NCBI GenBank assembly: GCA_051294375.1
Contig: JBJCIZ010000470.1
Location: forward strand, 1-43,806
From: Paraspadella gotoi
Taxonomy: Eukaryota; Animalia; Chaetognatha
Length of the DNA: 43,806 nt
Direction: 5' to 3'
Below, in pieces: positions 10,121 to 21,207 of the stretch. A program made the translations under genes and the position numbers. The notes under the pieces are model-generated. The model had not been told where the DNA came from and searched no databases. It was given only the letters and a program-made list of their open reading frames with translations. Within the stretch, counting starts at the first letter, position 1. The number at the start of each line of letters is the position of its first letter.

Positions 10121-12145
10121 CGACCGACAGAGAGAGAGAGAGAGAGACACTATATTGTTTAATCGTTAATATTAATGAAGATAACTGTAGTTTACCTTCG
10201 GCAGGAGGAACAGGGATTTTCTTCTCTCTCTTTAAAACAATGTGAGAAATTGTCTATTTCATCTTCTCCTTGAGTTTTTTCACAAGTAGAAGTCCGAGAT
10301 ATCAGTGAAGCGCTCCGTCCTTGGCTAACGCAGATGGCGTTTGAGCAGTGATCGATTTCTCTTTGATTGAATTCGATCTCTGTAGATAAAATATGAAAAC
10401 TGTGAGGAAAGCCGTTTTGTAGTATCTAGGATCTTTTAAAATAATTTCTTGTTTTTTAAATTGATCATACTGCGTAATAACTTAATATTCTCGCAACGAA
10501 AATCGGAGTAAAAGTAAAGGAAACCGCTGAGTATTCTATTATGGGGGGGGGTTAATTTGATTGCTAGTATGATAACTTACCGTCGGCTGAGTGATCAAAT
10601 ATTGAGTACTCATCATCCGTTAGGCAAGAATAGGGATGCATTGCCTCCATTTGGTTTTCAAAATTCGGAGTGAAGTCGTTGACCTTGCCGTCAACGCGAA
10701 GATCGCATTCAGCGATTGCCATATTTGGATCAGTAAACATACTTGGCCAAACGCGCTTGAGGTGAAGGATCGTTCCACTTTGACTCATCAATGACGCCCT
10801 AAATTTATAAGTCGATTAGTCTCGACCAAAATATAGTGTTTTCAAACAGTACACAATAAATCAATGTATCAGTATGAATTAAAAGACGAATTATTGAAGT
10901 TTGACTTAAGATAAAAAACGCTGTAAGAAATTTCATTGATTTAATTTGGAAATAAACTAACAATATATGCGTTTTTAAAAATAATTTCATTGTATTATTA
11001 ATATTATTTTATGTTTTGATCAAACAGCTGAAAAATATAATTTAGTGCAAGTGTATTTTAACAAATATAATTTAGAATTAAAAATAAAAATTTCGAAGGG
11101 GTCCTTTGCTGCAATATGTAAATAAGATTTAGTTACCAAAGAAATATTACCAGTTTGATTTGAGAAGGTCTTCCTCTTTTTGTTTCTTGAACAACTCCGT
11201 CGTTTTATTCGAAAAAGCTTGAGATGGTTGGAGACAAACCTCAAATCGGGCCAAACCGTTTGGAGCTTTGGGGGCTCTTTTCCCGGATTCAGAGCTAACA
11301 AATTGTTCCATATCCATCTGTTTAAAAAAAAATGTTAAGTTTTTTCCTCTCTGTTCAATGTTTTAAAAAATTTAAATATTTAAGCAATATTATTAAAAGA
11401 TCACCTCAAGTAACTGTCGTGGAGTAGGCTGCGCTGGAGCAGAAATAACGAATTCAGGATCAAAAGTTTCTTTTCTGATTTTGTCCATTGATCTCTTTGA
11501 GGCAGAGTGAAGATCCAGAGTCCCAAATTCGAAATTCTTAACGCAATCAATAAGTTGCTCTTGTTGGCCATCGCTTGGTATACTATAATCCTCTTCATCC
11601 ATGAAATAAAATTTTGTAGCATAAGGAAACACCTCATTGTGCGATTTAGCGCCAAAGATAAGCGAAAATAAGTGGACAAGGGGTCTTTCTCCTTCGTCGT
11701 CGCTCTTTGAACTGATATTTATGTTTGAGACAAAGGCTTGGAAAATGTTAGATTGACGAGGAACGTAGTGCTTGCACTTGTCGTATTCAGTAGGAGGCCA
11801 AGTTTCTAAACGAAAAGCGCATTCACTGCAGCTGCACGGTGGAACTCGACGTAATCCGCTTAATTGAAGATAAGTTGAGCAAAGATTTACGCTTTCTTCG
11901 TCAAATAAACAGCTGACATCGCTTGTAGCAGGAATAATTGATTGCGTAAAATCGTTGTAGGTGTAGATTGTCCGCCGAGTTCCTGAAAGCTTGATTCGCG
12001 AAGCTGCGGTTGGCGGGTTTTCAGTCAAACCGGATGCACGAAGAGTTTCATCCGGGGAAATTAAATTCTGCAAGTAGGATGCGGGAATAAGTTTTTTTTC
12101 CAGAGTGCTTTTGATTTGAGGGTCAAGAGGCGAAAAGGCATTCAT
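9459..12145 (-). CDS. 626-aa unknown protein with Cys clusters, 5 exons
   Basis: Exons 12145-11405, 11317-11151, 10798-10581, 10379-10196, 10029-9459 join in frame (phases 0,2,1,2; 1881 nt). Contains CSCSEC and CSSC motifs. No family recognised. Confidence 0.7.
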
Positions 12146-12179
12146 TTTTAATGTTTGTTCATTCAAATTTCAATTTAGA

Positions 12180-13110
12180 TCAAAAAATTGATTCGTCATA
12201 GTTTGTTGAGGATAAAATTGTTGGAGGCAAAAATGGATTTTGAGCGGTTTCGTCCAAAGAAGGAATTTTAAAATTAAAAAGATTTGTTCTTTTGTTCAAA
12301 GATTGAAAACCGTAGAACCGGGTTAGCCCGTTGAAGGAAAAAAAAAAAATCCGGAGGAATAGTAATATATTTCGCGGAAGAGGGAGAAAAAGAAGCCGCG
12401 AAGCGAGCCGGGGAGAGAGAGCAGAGAGAGAGAGAGAGAGACGAGAGAGAGAGAGAGAGAGATGTCAATGTCAAAGACAAAAAAAGCAGATGATAGGTAG
12501 GGCGGTGGAAGGTGTTGTGGGGGGGGGGGATAATGGTTATTTTTAATAAATATTAAAATGTTTGAATAAAATTCATTTATATACCTGTAACGTAAAGAGT
12601 TTAGTACGTTGTTTGTTAAAGAGAAGGCTAGGTATGGGTGCCTTGATCTTGTTTCTTCTGGAGAATCATCGTCATTATCTCTCATCACATCGTTATAAAT
12701 ATCTTTTAATATTTGATAAGAGTTGGCAATTCCGAGGCTCTGGAACAGGTATCGTGATTGATTTTGAGCGCTTTTAAATATCACGAATACATCCTGGCTG
12801 GAGCGGAGTCTACGTGATGCAACGCTAATCTGATTAGAACCAAGAGATAAAAAATTTCCTTGGCTAACAATTATGGATGATAGCGATAGTAAATGTGAGT
12901 CTTGAGTGCAAAGCTTGACATAATGTTGCATTAAAAGATGTAAGTAAGCCTTATCTTTCTTTACTTTGCTTTCCAAAAAATTGGTTCTTTCAGTACCCTC
13001 ATTGACGGTTTTTGATGTCTGTCGCATCCCTCGAGTAAAAACGCAATCGTCTAAAAGAAGAAAAATGTAACTGCGTTTCTCCTTATGGAAATCGCAGATG
13101 TCGTAATCAG

Positions 13111-13154
<44 letters not shown>

Positions 13155-13176
13155 GAAGAGAGCAGAAAAAAGAGAC

Positions 13177-13208
<32 letters not shown>

Positions 13209-14469
13209 TGAAATAGAAATATATTCACGTGTAAATATTGTTTAATGTAATTTAATTTTCTACGGTCTATCGTTGCTATACAGTATAAACTCACCAAAAA
13301 TAACTATGGAATTCCTTTTAATTTCTAGGCGATTAGTCGGGATCAAAGATGACTGGGGAGGTAAGCTAGTTTCATCGCCGCTTTCGTCCTTGTTCTTTCT
13401 CACATGCTTTTCTGGCTTGTCGGATTCGTTTTCAATTTCAGTTTCTGAATCCTTACTTTTATTTTTAGTGAAATATGGGGTAAAAGTTTTGTTTGGTAGC
13501 GAAGAGAGCGATTTTCCACTACGAAGAGTCATCTTATCTCCGCCCGCTTTTTTGTACCCAAATTTCTTTTTTTTTTTCAGGAATGCAATATATGATAAAT
13601 ATTTGCCTAACTTGCCGTCCTTAAGAGAAATAAGATCATCAAAAGCTTTGTCGGAGGAAAGTTTGCCTTTACGATAAAGTGTTTGAGCCTTAAAATCTTT
13701 TCTCATTCGATTTTTTTGTCTCTTTACCAAACGATCGCGCTTCTGTTTCTCTCGAAGGGCTGCAACAGTGGCTTCGTCGCGAAAACGCGACCCCTGTTTT
13801 AAAATTCCAAATTTTACTAATCGATCTTCCTCGTCCGTAGTTTTTTTTTGTGTTTCTGGTTTTTTATTGATTGATTCAAGATAGGCTAAACATTCATCGC
13901 TAATATTATTCAGGTTTTTTTCTTCCTTTTCATCGCGTTGTCCGTCGTATTTTGACGAGCGTTCACTGTCTTCATCTGTATTGTTATAATCATCGTCGTC
14001 GCTTTCGTGATATAAATACTGGTCTCTGTTTTTGTCATCATTCTCTAGGTCGTCATCGCTCTCAAGGTCTCCTTTCTGGTACTGCTTTCTGTTTTTTTTT
14101 GACTTTGGTAAGGTCAGACGATCGATCGCTCGATCGTATGCTCTTTGATAAACTGGATTTAAAGCTCCACCTCGAGACAGAATCCAGACTTTTATCCCGA
14201 GTTTTTTTGCAATGGATTCAAGGCGATTTTCATATTCTCGAGTGAGGGCGTGATTAGATAAAAAAATAATTTGGGTTAGCGGAACTTGGCTGAACACTTG
14301 GAAATTAAGCAAGCAGTCACAAATAAACTGGGATTTGCCGCATTCGCTCTTGAGTAATCGATTTCAGTTTGGTTAAAAAAAAAAAAGAGCGAATGAACAA
14401 TTAAAGAATAAAAGTATTAAGATTAAAATTTAAGTACCTTAGTTCGGAAAAAAATATACGTTTAGTAGA

Positions 14470-14520
<51 letters not shown>

Positions 14521-14811
14521 AATAGAGGAGAGAGAGAGAGAGAGAGAAAAGAATAGAGAGAGAGGGAGAGAGAGAGGGAGATAGGTTGTTGTGCAGCGCA
14601 CGCGCGCAGCGCGCGCGCACGCTTATGGGACGAGCGCATGTGTTTGGGGGGGGGGGAGAGGATACGCACGCGCACGCGTGCGCGCGTGTATGTGGGGGGG
14701 GGGGTTTGGCGAGAGTTTCGCATGATTCGCGAAGCGGTTCGCGAAGCGGTTCGCGAACGGTTCGCGAAGCGGTCGCGAGCGGTCGCGATGGGACTCGACG
14801 ACCGACTCGCT

Positions 14812-14857
<46 letters not shown>

Positions 14858-14935
14858 AAATTTTTATATCTCCTTTATATCTTTCTCACAGTTTCTCGCT
14901 ATCATTCTTTCAGTTTCTCGCTATCTTTCTCTTAA

Positions 14936-14969
<34 letters not shown>

Positions 14970-15052
14970 GCTCTCTCTTATTTGTTGTAGTTTTTTGTTT
15001 TTTTTTTTCACGGCTGTTTATAACTCATTCATCCGTCAAACGCTCGATAGAG

Positions 15053-15089
<37 letters not shown>

Positions 15090-16156
15090 CGAGAAATCGA
15101 GGATAAATCACTTGTTAATTTCTTTCCAGATCCGTAAGAAAAACATTGTCGACGAGACGACGACGACGACGACTACGACGACGACACAGTTCTCGTCAAG
15201 GGTCAAGCGTTTTTGAACGAGCGTCCGTTGACGGAGATTTTTCGCTGACGATACGTACGAGAGCGAGCCGGGGGGGGTGTAGGTAACTAAAAGGAAAGAA
15301 AGGCGAGGAGGAAGAGCGATTGAAAGAAGAGTAAAAAAAGAAGGAAGAACGGAGGAAATGAGATAATCGTCTCTGAAACGTTTACGTTCTTTCGTTAGTT
15401 CTTTCTTTCGTCGTCATGCGTCCTCACGAAAAATTTTATAAATAAATAAATAAATATATATGTTATTAAATATTTAATTATGTATTCATTTTTTTTTAAC
15501 AATTCGATTTTCTCTTTAATTTATTTATTTATTTTTTTTTTTTGCGATTTGTTCATTCGATCCTCTCATCAAACCGGGCCGCTTAGAAATATCCTGCATG
15601 GACCTTTCTCTCGTTTTAAGCAAATTTGTGAGGAGAACGTTTTGGGAAACTCTTGGAAGCACCTCAAAACCCCGACTTTACAGTTGTCATTTAATCGTTT
15701 TCCGATTTGAAACCACTCTTTTCCAAATACTTCAAAATAAGGCTCTGCGAATTTCTCCTTTTCGATTTTTAAATTTTCTTCGCGCATCTCTACTTCATCT
15801 CTCAAGATTTTTGGAACGCTGTCCCTTTCTTTTAAATAAATTACATCATGGTCCTCCTTGATTTTGTTTTCGCGCTCGGCGTCCTCTTGATTCTGATCGT
15901 CCGTTTCATAAGACAAAATTTTTCTTATATACAGAGGGGCTTCGTCAAAATCGTTTACGGGCTCTTCGCCAGTCACTGGATTTTTGTCGTATCCAAAAAA
16001 GGTACGCAAAAGTAGTCGCTCGCGCATCGTTAGTCCGAAACGTAGTGTGGCCGCGTCTCTTGAAGTAGCAGATTTAATTTCTTTTAAATATTTTGCATTT
16101 TCATCAAAAGTAGCAAAGTTTAAAAGATCTACAAGGTTTGTCTGTTGATCGGCCAT
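12180..16156 (-). CDS. A32/FtsK-like DNA-packaging ATPase, 736 aa, 4 exons
   Basis: Exons 16156-15575, 14348-13295, 13050-12585, 12288-12180 (2211 nt). Splicing creates Walker A IFLSGP|SECGKS, Walker B IVIFDD and RYR|TNLF. Also DSHLLSLSSIIVSQ and HPYLAFSL, matching the Maverick ATPase SHH..S.I...Q and PY.YL motifs. Confidence 0.87.
14474..14857. repeat. CpG-rich island of TTCGCGAA palindromes flanked by (GA)n and (TC)n arms, inside ATPase intron 1
   Basis: (GA)n 14474-14582, GCGC-rich 14595-14690, TTCGCGAA x4 plus TCGCGA x2 at 14726-14788, (TC)n 14814-14857. Confidence 0.8.
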
Positions 16157-16261
16157 ATTGAGTTTGGTTCAATTTTTTTTATTTTAAGTTATTTCCTTTT
16201 AAGAGAAGAGGAAAAAAAAAAAAAGATTTTGACTGAAACTTATGAAATTTTATTTTTTAAT

Positions 16262-16320
<59 letters not shown>

Positions 16321-16570
16321 GGCGCGTCACTGAGGAGGAAGATCGAGTCTTCTTCGGTGCTCTTCACGTCGAAATCGATGCGAACTCTAGCGAGTCGGGC
16401 AAAGAAACACAAACAAAAACAATAAACATTACCAAACCTTCGCGCTTTCTCATCGCTGGACACATTCGAAGAATAATAAAAATTCTCTCTAACGAGAATT
16501 AACAGGTAAAGGGGGAATAACCAAGAAGAAGGTTAGGGATTAGGTAAAATATTGTTTTCGCGGAAAATTA

Positions 16571-16680
<110 letters not shown>

Positions 16681-17039
16681 GTCTTTCTCTCTCTCTCTTT
16701 CGACTTCTTAGCGCGTAATTAAATAGTTGATATTGCAACAAAATAAAATTGCTGTTTCTTGTTCGCGACGCTTCACTCGCTTTTTCAGTCAATCTGTCGG
16801 TCGGTCTGAGTAGATGCAGAATGACTTCCGTGTGTAGGGATACGGGATACGGGATATATTCTGTCGGTACGTCTGCCTCTCCATACATCTATCTGTCTAT
16901 CCGTATGTCTGTCTGTCCATACATCTATCTGTCTATTTGTATGTCTGTCTGATTATCCGTCCATTGGTCTGTCTTGCTTATGTTATGTTCATAACTCCAG
17001 AAATACTTTGTCGAGCAAATTGATTAAAAGACCTCATAG

Positions 17040-17668
17040 TAAGGTGTAGTAAAATTTCTAAATTTAACTTTAATTAAAATTCTAAAAGCGAGGAACGAAT
17101 AACGTTATATTAATGAACATTTTTGTAATAAAAATTATAATAAATTTTACAATTTACGCAGTAGGCCATATTTATACTAGTACTAAACCAATAAATATTA
17201 AAATTTTAAAACAGTTTTTTTTTTTCTAAAATTTTTTGCAGATTTGGATTCGTCATAAAAAGTTGATAAAAAGAAATATAACTCTTTTTGAAAAATTCCT
17301 TCATTAAATAGGTCAAAAATTTAAAAAAGCTATATTTTAAGCTGAAAATTAACTTTTTATATATTAAATATAGTTTTTTTAATTTTTAACCCACTTAATG
17401 AAAGAATTTTTAAAAATGGTTTATATTTTCTTTCATCAACTTTTGACGAGGAGTTCAAATCTGCAATCAAAATTAAGAAAAGCCTATTTTGAAATTTTTT
17501 CGATTTTATAAGTATAGTACTATATATTAATATAGCCTACTGCAAAATTAAAAACATAAAATTAATTTTTTTGACAAATTAATTTTTTTGACAAATTAAT
17601 GTTCACTGATGGTTCGTTGTTCATAATTGACTTTTAGAATTTTCGTATGTAACTTTCAGTACGCCTTA
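17040..17668. mobile_element. About 630-bp imperfect palindrome, probably a foldback/MITE element
   Basis: Nested inverted pairs TAAGGTGTA/TACGCCTTA, AAAATTCTAAAAG/CTTTTAGAATTTT, GCAGTAGGC/GCCTACTGC, TGCAGATTTG/CAAATCTGCA, AAAAGTTGAT/ATCAACTTTT, centred near 17350. Confidence 0.75.
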
Positions 17669-17749
17669 GTGCATAGGCTATCTGCTCTCTCGTTTCTTCC
17701 CAGAATTTTGTTTTAATCATAATATATTTTGAACTTTATAAACAATCTT

Positions 17750-17935
17750 TAACCCTAATCCTTACCCTAACTTCTGTCCTTAACTTAATTCAAACCTCAA
17801 CCTTAAACCTAAACTCAACCTTAATTTTAACCTAAATCTCAAATCCTAAATACTAGTCCTGAAACTAGTCCCTAAAACTAACCTAATCATAAGCCAAGCC
17901 CTAACCATAATTACTTAGCTAATCCAATTTTAACC
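17750..17935 (+). repeat. Degenerate (CCTAA/CCCTAA)-like tandem repeat
   Basis: taaccctaatccttaccctaac...aacctaaa...ccctaaaactaacctaat...ccctaacc, immediately before the gap. Confidence 0.5.
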
Positions 17936-17957
17936 AAAAATCATTAAATGAAACTTA

Positions 17958-17967
17958 NNNNNNNNNN
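17958..17967. other. Assembly gap (10 N)
   Basis: Run of n in the sequence. Confidence 1.
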
Positions 17968-18019
17968 TACTTAGCAGAGAAGTAACAAATCTTTTGTTTT
18001 CCCTCACCTCATCCTTTTA

Positions 18020-18060
<41 letters not shown>

Positions 18061-18138
18061 CTTGCTTATTTCTTACTTATTTCTTCAAACAATATTTGGT
18101 TATCTGTTAATAATAATGATAATTATTTTATCATTATT

Positions 18139-18180
<42 letters not shown>

Positions 18181-18315
18181 ATATATATATATATTATAAC
18201 TATTTTGTCATATGCTCTCAAATTAAAATTTTTTTAAAAAAAATTTCATCTTTTTTATTTTTTTAAATTAACAATGTTTGAATGCGTTTAAAATTTTTGT
18301 TTTAAATCGTTTTTC

Positions 18316-18362
<47 letters not shown>

Positions 18363-18437
18363 TTTTCGCTTTGTTTTATCGCAATATTTTTTTTCCAACT
18401 TGTATCTATATGTTTAAAAAAGTTGGAAACCGAGATT

Positions 18438-20798
18438 ATGTCTCACCAACAATCAAAAGCTAGAGAACGACTAAAAAGGTTTTTTGAATCACAAAAGCAG
18501 CACCAAAACTTTGGACCACTTACAAAGACTCTCACAGAAGATGACACAGTCAGGAAACACTTAAGCTTGCTGGAGGACATGGTGCGCCCCCAAGGACCGG
18601 AGCTGACGCTGAAACCGAATGAGACTACCGCCACAGCAAGCGAGGCTTTAAGGGAAACCTTTCTCAATGAAATTCAATTTGAAAAAAGTAGCGAAAGTGA
18701 AGAAAAAACTAAATCGCAATTGCTTCAATGTCTTGCAAAAAATCTTGGAGATGCAAAAGCGCACATCATCATAAATAAAATTTTTGCGACTAAGGAAGGA
18801 CAGAAAGAAGCTTCTGAAGAACCAGAAGAAATCAATGTTACAAAAAATTCTCATCTACCTAAGGCCATCGCATTTCCAGACTTTAACCTCCTATTCCGCT
18901 TTTTGAAAGAGGAAAGAGAGAAAGTTGGAAATGACAAGAAAAGGAGTCACTTTTCACTAAGCATGACGCCAGAAATTGTTTACACGCTGGCAAAAAGCAT
19001 TCCGCCTTTGGTCGAATTCGACCACAGTGAGTTCAGAGAAGAACTTAAGACCTTTTTAAAACTCTCAAAAAACATAACTTTTCCAGATTCTGCAGAAAGA
19101 TTAGTTCCAATTGCGAAATACGTCAGACGAAATATTAAACATTTTCTTTCACATTCGCCACCAACGCTTTCCTTGGCTCAGTACGCTAACGGCCAAGGGA
19201 GTCGTCTGCCAACCAGAAATATTCCAAGTTCAACAATGGAAACAATCATTGATAAGGTGAAAAACAGCAAAGATAGTTACGATTTGGTAAAGAATGAAAA
19301 AAATTTACCAACTTGTTTCAACTGCTTCTTCTGCAGCAGTACCGCCAAGAGTGATGAGCAAAATGAACCGAACGAAACCAAAAAAAAAAAAAAAGTTTTT
19401 TTCAAAAGCAATGAGATGGCAAATTTAAATGTCTATCGGGTTGCAGTTTTTGAAAATGAAAAAAGTGCCTTAGCGCACTACAAAACCGTTCACGCCCCTC
19501 CTTCCAAAGCGGGCAAAAAGATGGACAATCACTCATTCATCCTCATTTGCCCATTTTGTGAGAATAACCACCAATCAAATCAGTTTTTTTTATACCGCTT
19601 TATTTGCTGTTCAAGCTGCTTGAGCGACCATATCTCGGTGTTGCACTTGTCCACTGATAAATTGACGGCCACCTATAAGACGCTGAAGGCCGAATTCGCA
19701 AATCACGCAGACAAATTAAGGATTGCCGAAGCTAATTTTTTGGTGCGGTGTTCGATTTGTCTGGAGGTCTTCAATTCAAAAAGCCAGAAGGATCGCCACT
19801 TTCGTATTTGTTTCACTCGACACATAATGGGGTGTAATTTTTACGGCAACCCTAAGCTTTTTTCGCCTAAGCACGAAACGGAGGCAATCAAGAAAATAAA
19901 AGCGGAAGAGGAAGTCGAAATAATTCAACGCCAACTGAAGAGCTTTCTCTGGCAACTCGATAGACTGAAGCCAGAACTATCAGACAAATCTTCAGAGCAA
20001 CATTATGAAGACAGAAGTGTAGGAATAGGTAGTGAAGATGATGAAAGCGAGAAAACTGACCTAAGCTTCTTACAACAAATGAAGGATGCTTTTCTCAAAG
20101 CTACATTCAAAAAGCCCGTGATGTCTGCTACAACTGTTACTTCATCTTCTAGCTCATCTGTGGAACCGTCATCACAGCCGTCATCTTCAAAATTTGGCCT
20201 GTCCCACCATAGCGATGCCTCTGTCACAAAGCAAGAAAAATCAAAAAAAGAAAAGAACCGGTTTGGAAAAGGTCCCAGACGCCGTTTGGTGAAGCAACAC
20301 AAAGTTTCAAGAAAAAACAAACTTAAGAGCCATCCATTTATTTTGTCCGAAGCAACCGAGGACAGGGCTGGTAATTATAGTGACTCTGACACTGATCAAA
20401 ACGATTGTTTAGCCGATGAAGATGATCCGCAAGATAGAGCAGACAGTGGTCATAATCCTCAAAAGCCTCGTACAAGAAAAGCGCAAATTCTGACAGATAC
20501 TGAAATGTCATCAGATGAAACTCATAATCCTGAGAATGTTGAACCAGAAACTGATTTTGACATAGACAAAGATTTTGAAGAAATTGAGTCAAGCACCCAA
20601 TCAGAAAGCGATTCTGATACTGAAAGCGCTGTTGCACCATTAAAAATGAAAAACGCGCAAAAAGCAAATAGCTTGCTTACCAAAAGAAGAAAAGTGAGAG
20701 TTATCTCTGACAACGAAGATGATTCAGATGACACGGAATTTTCAAGAGGACAACCGCCTGCAGCTCCGATGAAAAAAAAGAAATTTAGAAAGGATTAA
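18438..20798 (+). CDS. About 786-aa protein with several C2H2/C2HC-like zinc-binding motifs and an acidic/basic disordered tail
   Basis: Intronless ORF, first ATG at 18438. CFFC...HYKTVH, CPFC...CLSDHISVLH, CSICLEVFNSKSQKDRHFRIC, and a C-terminal KKKKFRK NLS-like stretch. Confidence 0.75.
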   Translation: MSHQQSKARERLKRFFESQKQHQNFGPLTKTLTEDDTVRKHLSLLEDMVRPQGPELTLKPNETTATASEALRETFLNEIQFEKSSESEEKTKSQLLQCLAKNLGDAKAHIIINKIFATKEGQKEASEEPEEINVTKNSHLPKAIAFPDFNLLFRFLKEEREKVGNDKKRSHFSLSMTPEIVYTLAKSIPPLVEFDHSEFREELKTFLKLSKNITFPDSAERLVPIAKYVRRNIKHFLSHSPPTLSLAQYANGQGSRLPTRNIPSSTMETIIDKVKNSKDSYDLVKNEKNLPTCFNCFFCSSTAKSDEQNEPNETKKKKKVFFKSNEMANLNVYRVAVFENEKSALAHYKTVHAPPSKAGKKMDNHSFILICPFCENNHQSNQFFLYRFICCSSCLSDHISVLHLSTDKLTATYKTLKAEFANHADKLRIAEANFLVRCSICLEVFNSKSQKDRHFRICFTRHIMGCNFYGNPKLFSPKHETEAIKKIKAEEEVEIIQRQLKSFLWQLDRLKPELSDKSSEQHYEDRSVGIGSEDDESEKTDLSFLQQMKDAFLKATFKKPVMSATTVTSSSSSSVEPSSQPSSSKFGLSHHSDASVTKQEKSKKEKNRFGKGPRRRLVKQHKVSRKNKLKSHPFILSEATEDRAGNYSDSDTDQNDCLADEDDPQDRADSGHNPQKPRTRKAQILTDTEMSSDETHNPENVEPETDFDIDKDFEEIESSTQSESDSDTESAVAPLKMKNAQKANSLLTKRRKVRVISDNEDDSDDTEFSRGQPPAAPMKKKKFRKD

Positions 20799-21207
20799 AA
20801 AAAACAACTTAAAATTAAAGAAAAAAAACTTACAAACATTCTTTCCTATTTTCAGCATGTTATACTTTTTAGATTCACAAAGCGACTGAATAATTTGAGG
20901 CATTGTTGTCGGTATGTCCGTCTGCATTTATCTGTCCATCAGCCTGTGAGCCCCCCCCCCCATCAGTTTGTATTCGCGTTTAAGGTCTAATAACTAGAGT
21001 AATACAGTGCCATAAAGTTCATACTTGATGAACTTAAGGCATCATAAGATCTTTAATGTAATATGCCTCATACTTGTGCAGTTGCAGTTGCAAATCTTTT
21101 ATGTAATCGTAGAGAAGGAAAGGAGCCTTTACTCACCATAGCCTATCCAATTATACATATATATATATTTTTCACTTTGGCTAAACTAATTTTCAGAAGA
21201 AAAAAAA

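Noticed and set aside
12323-13297. 324-aa ORF as a standalone ATPase with LLLDD Walker B
   Set aside because: Its N- and C-terminal parts are intronic microsatellite. Splicing gives IVIFDD and links to Walker A upstream and TNLF downstream.
14726-14788. CRISPR-like repeat array
   Set aside because: Units are 10-12 bp with no unique spacers, no cas genes, and a eukaryotic context.
15569-16156. 195-aa ORF as a separate gene
   Set aside because: It ends IFLSGP at a GT donor and supplies the first half of the ATPase Walker A.
17750-17935. True telomere or element terminus
   Set aside because: Highly degenerate, short and internal. The adjacent gap does leave the join of the two arms unproven.
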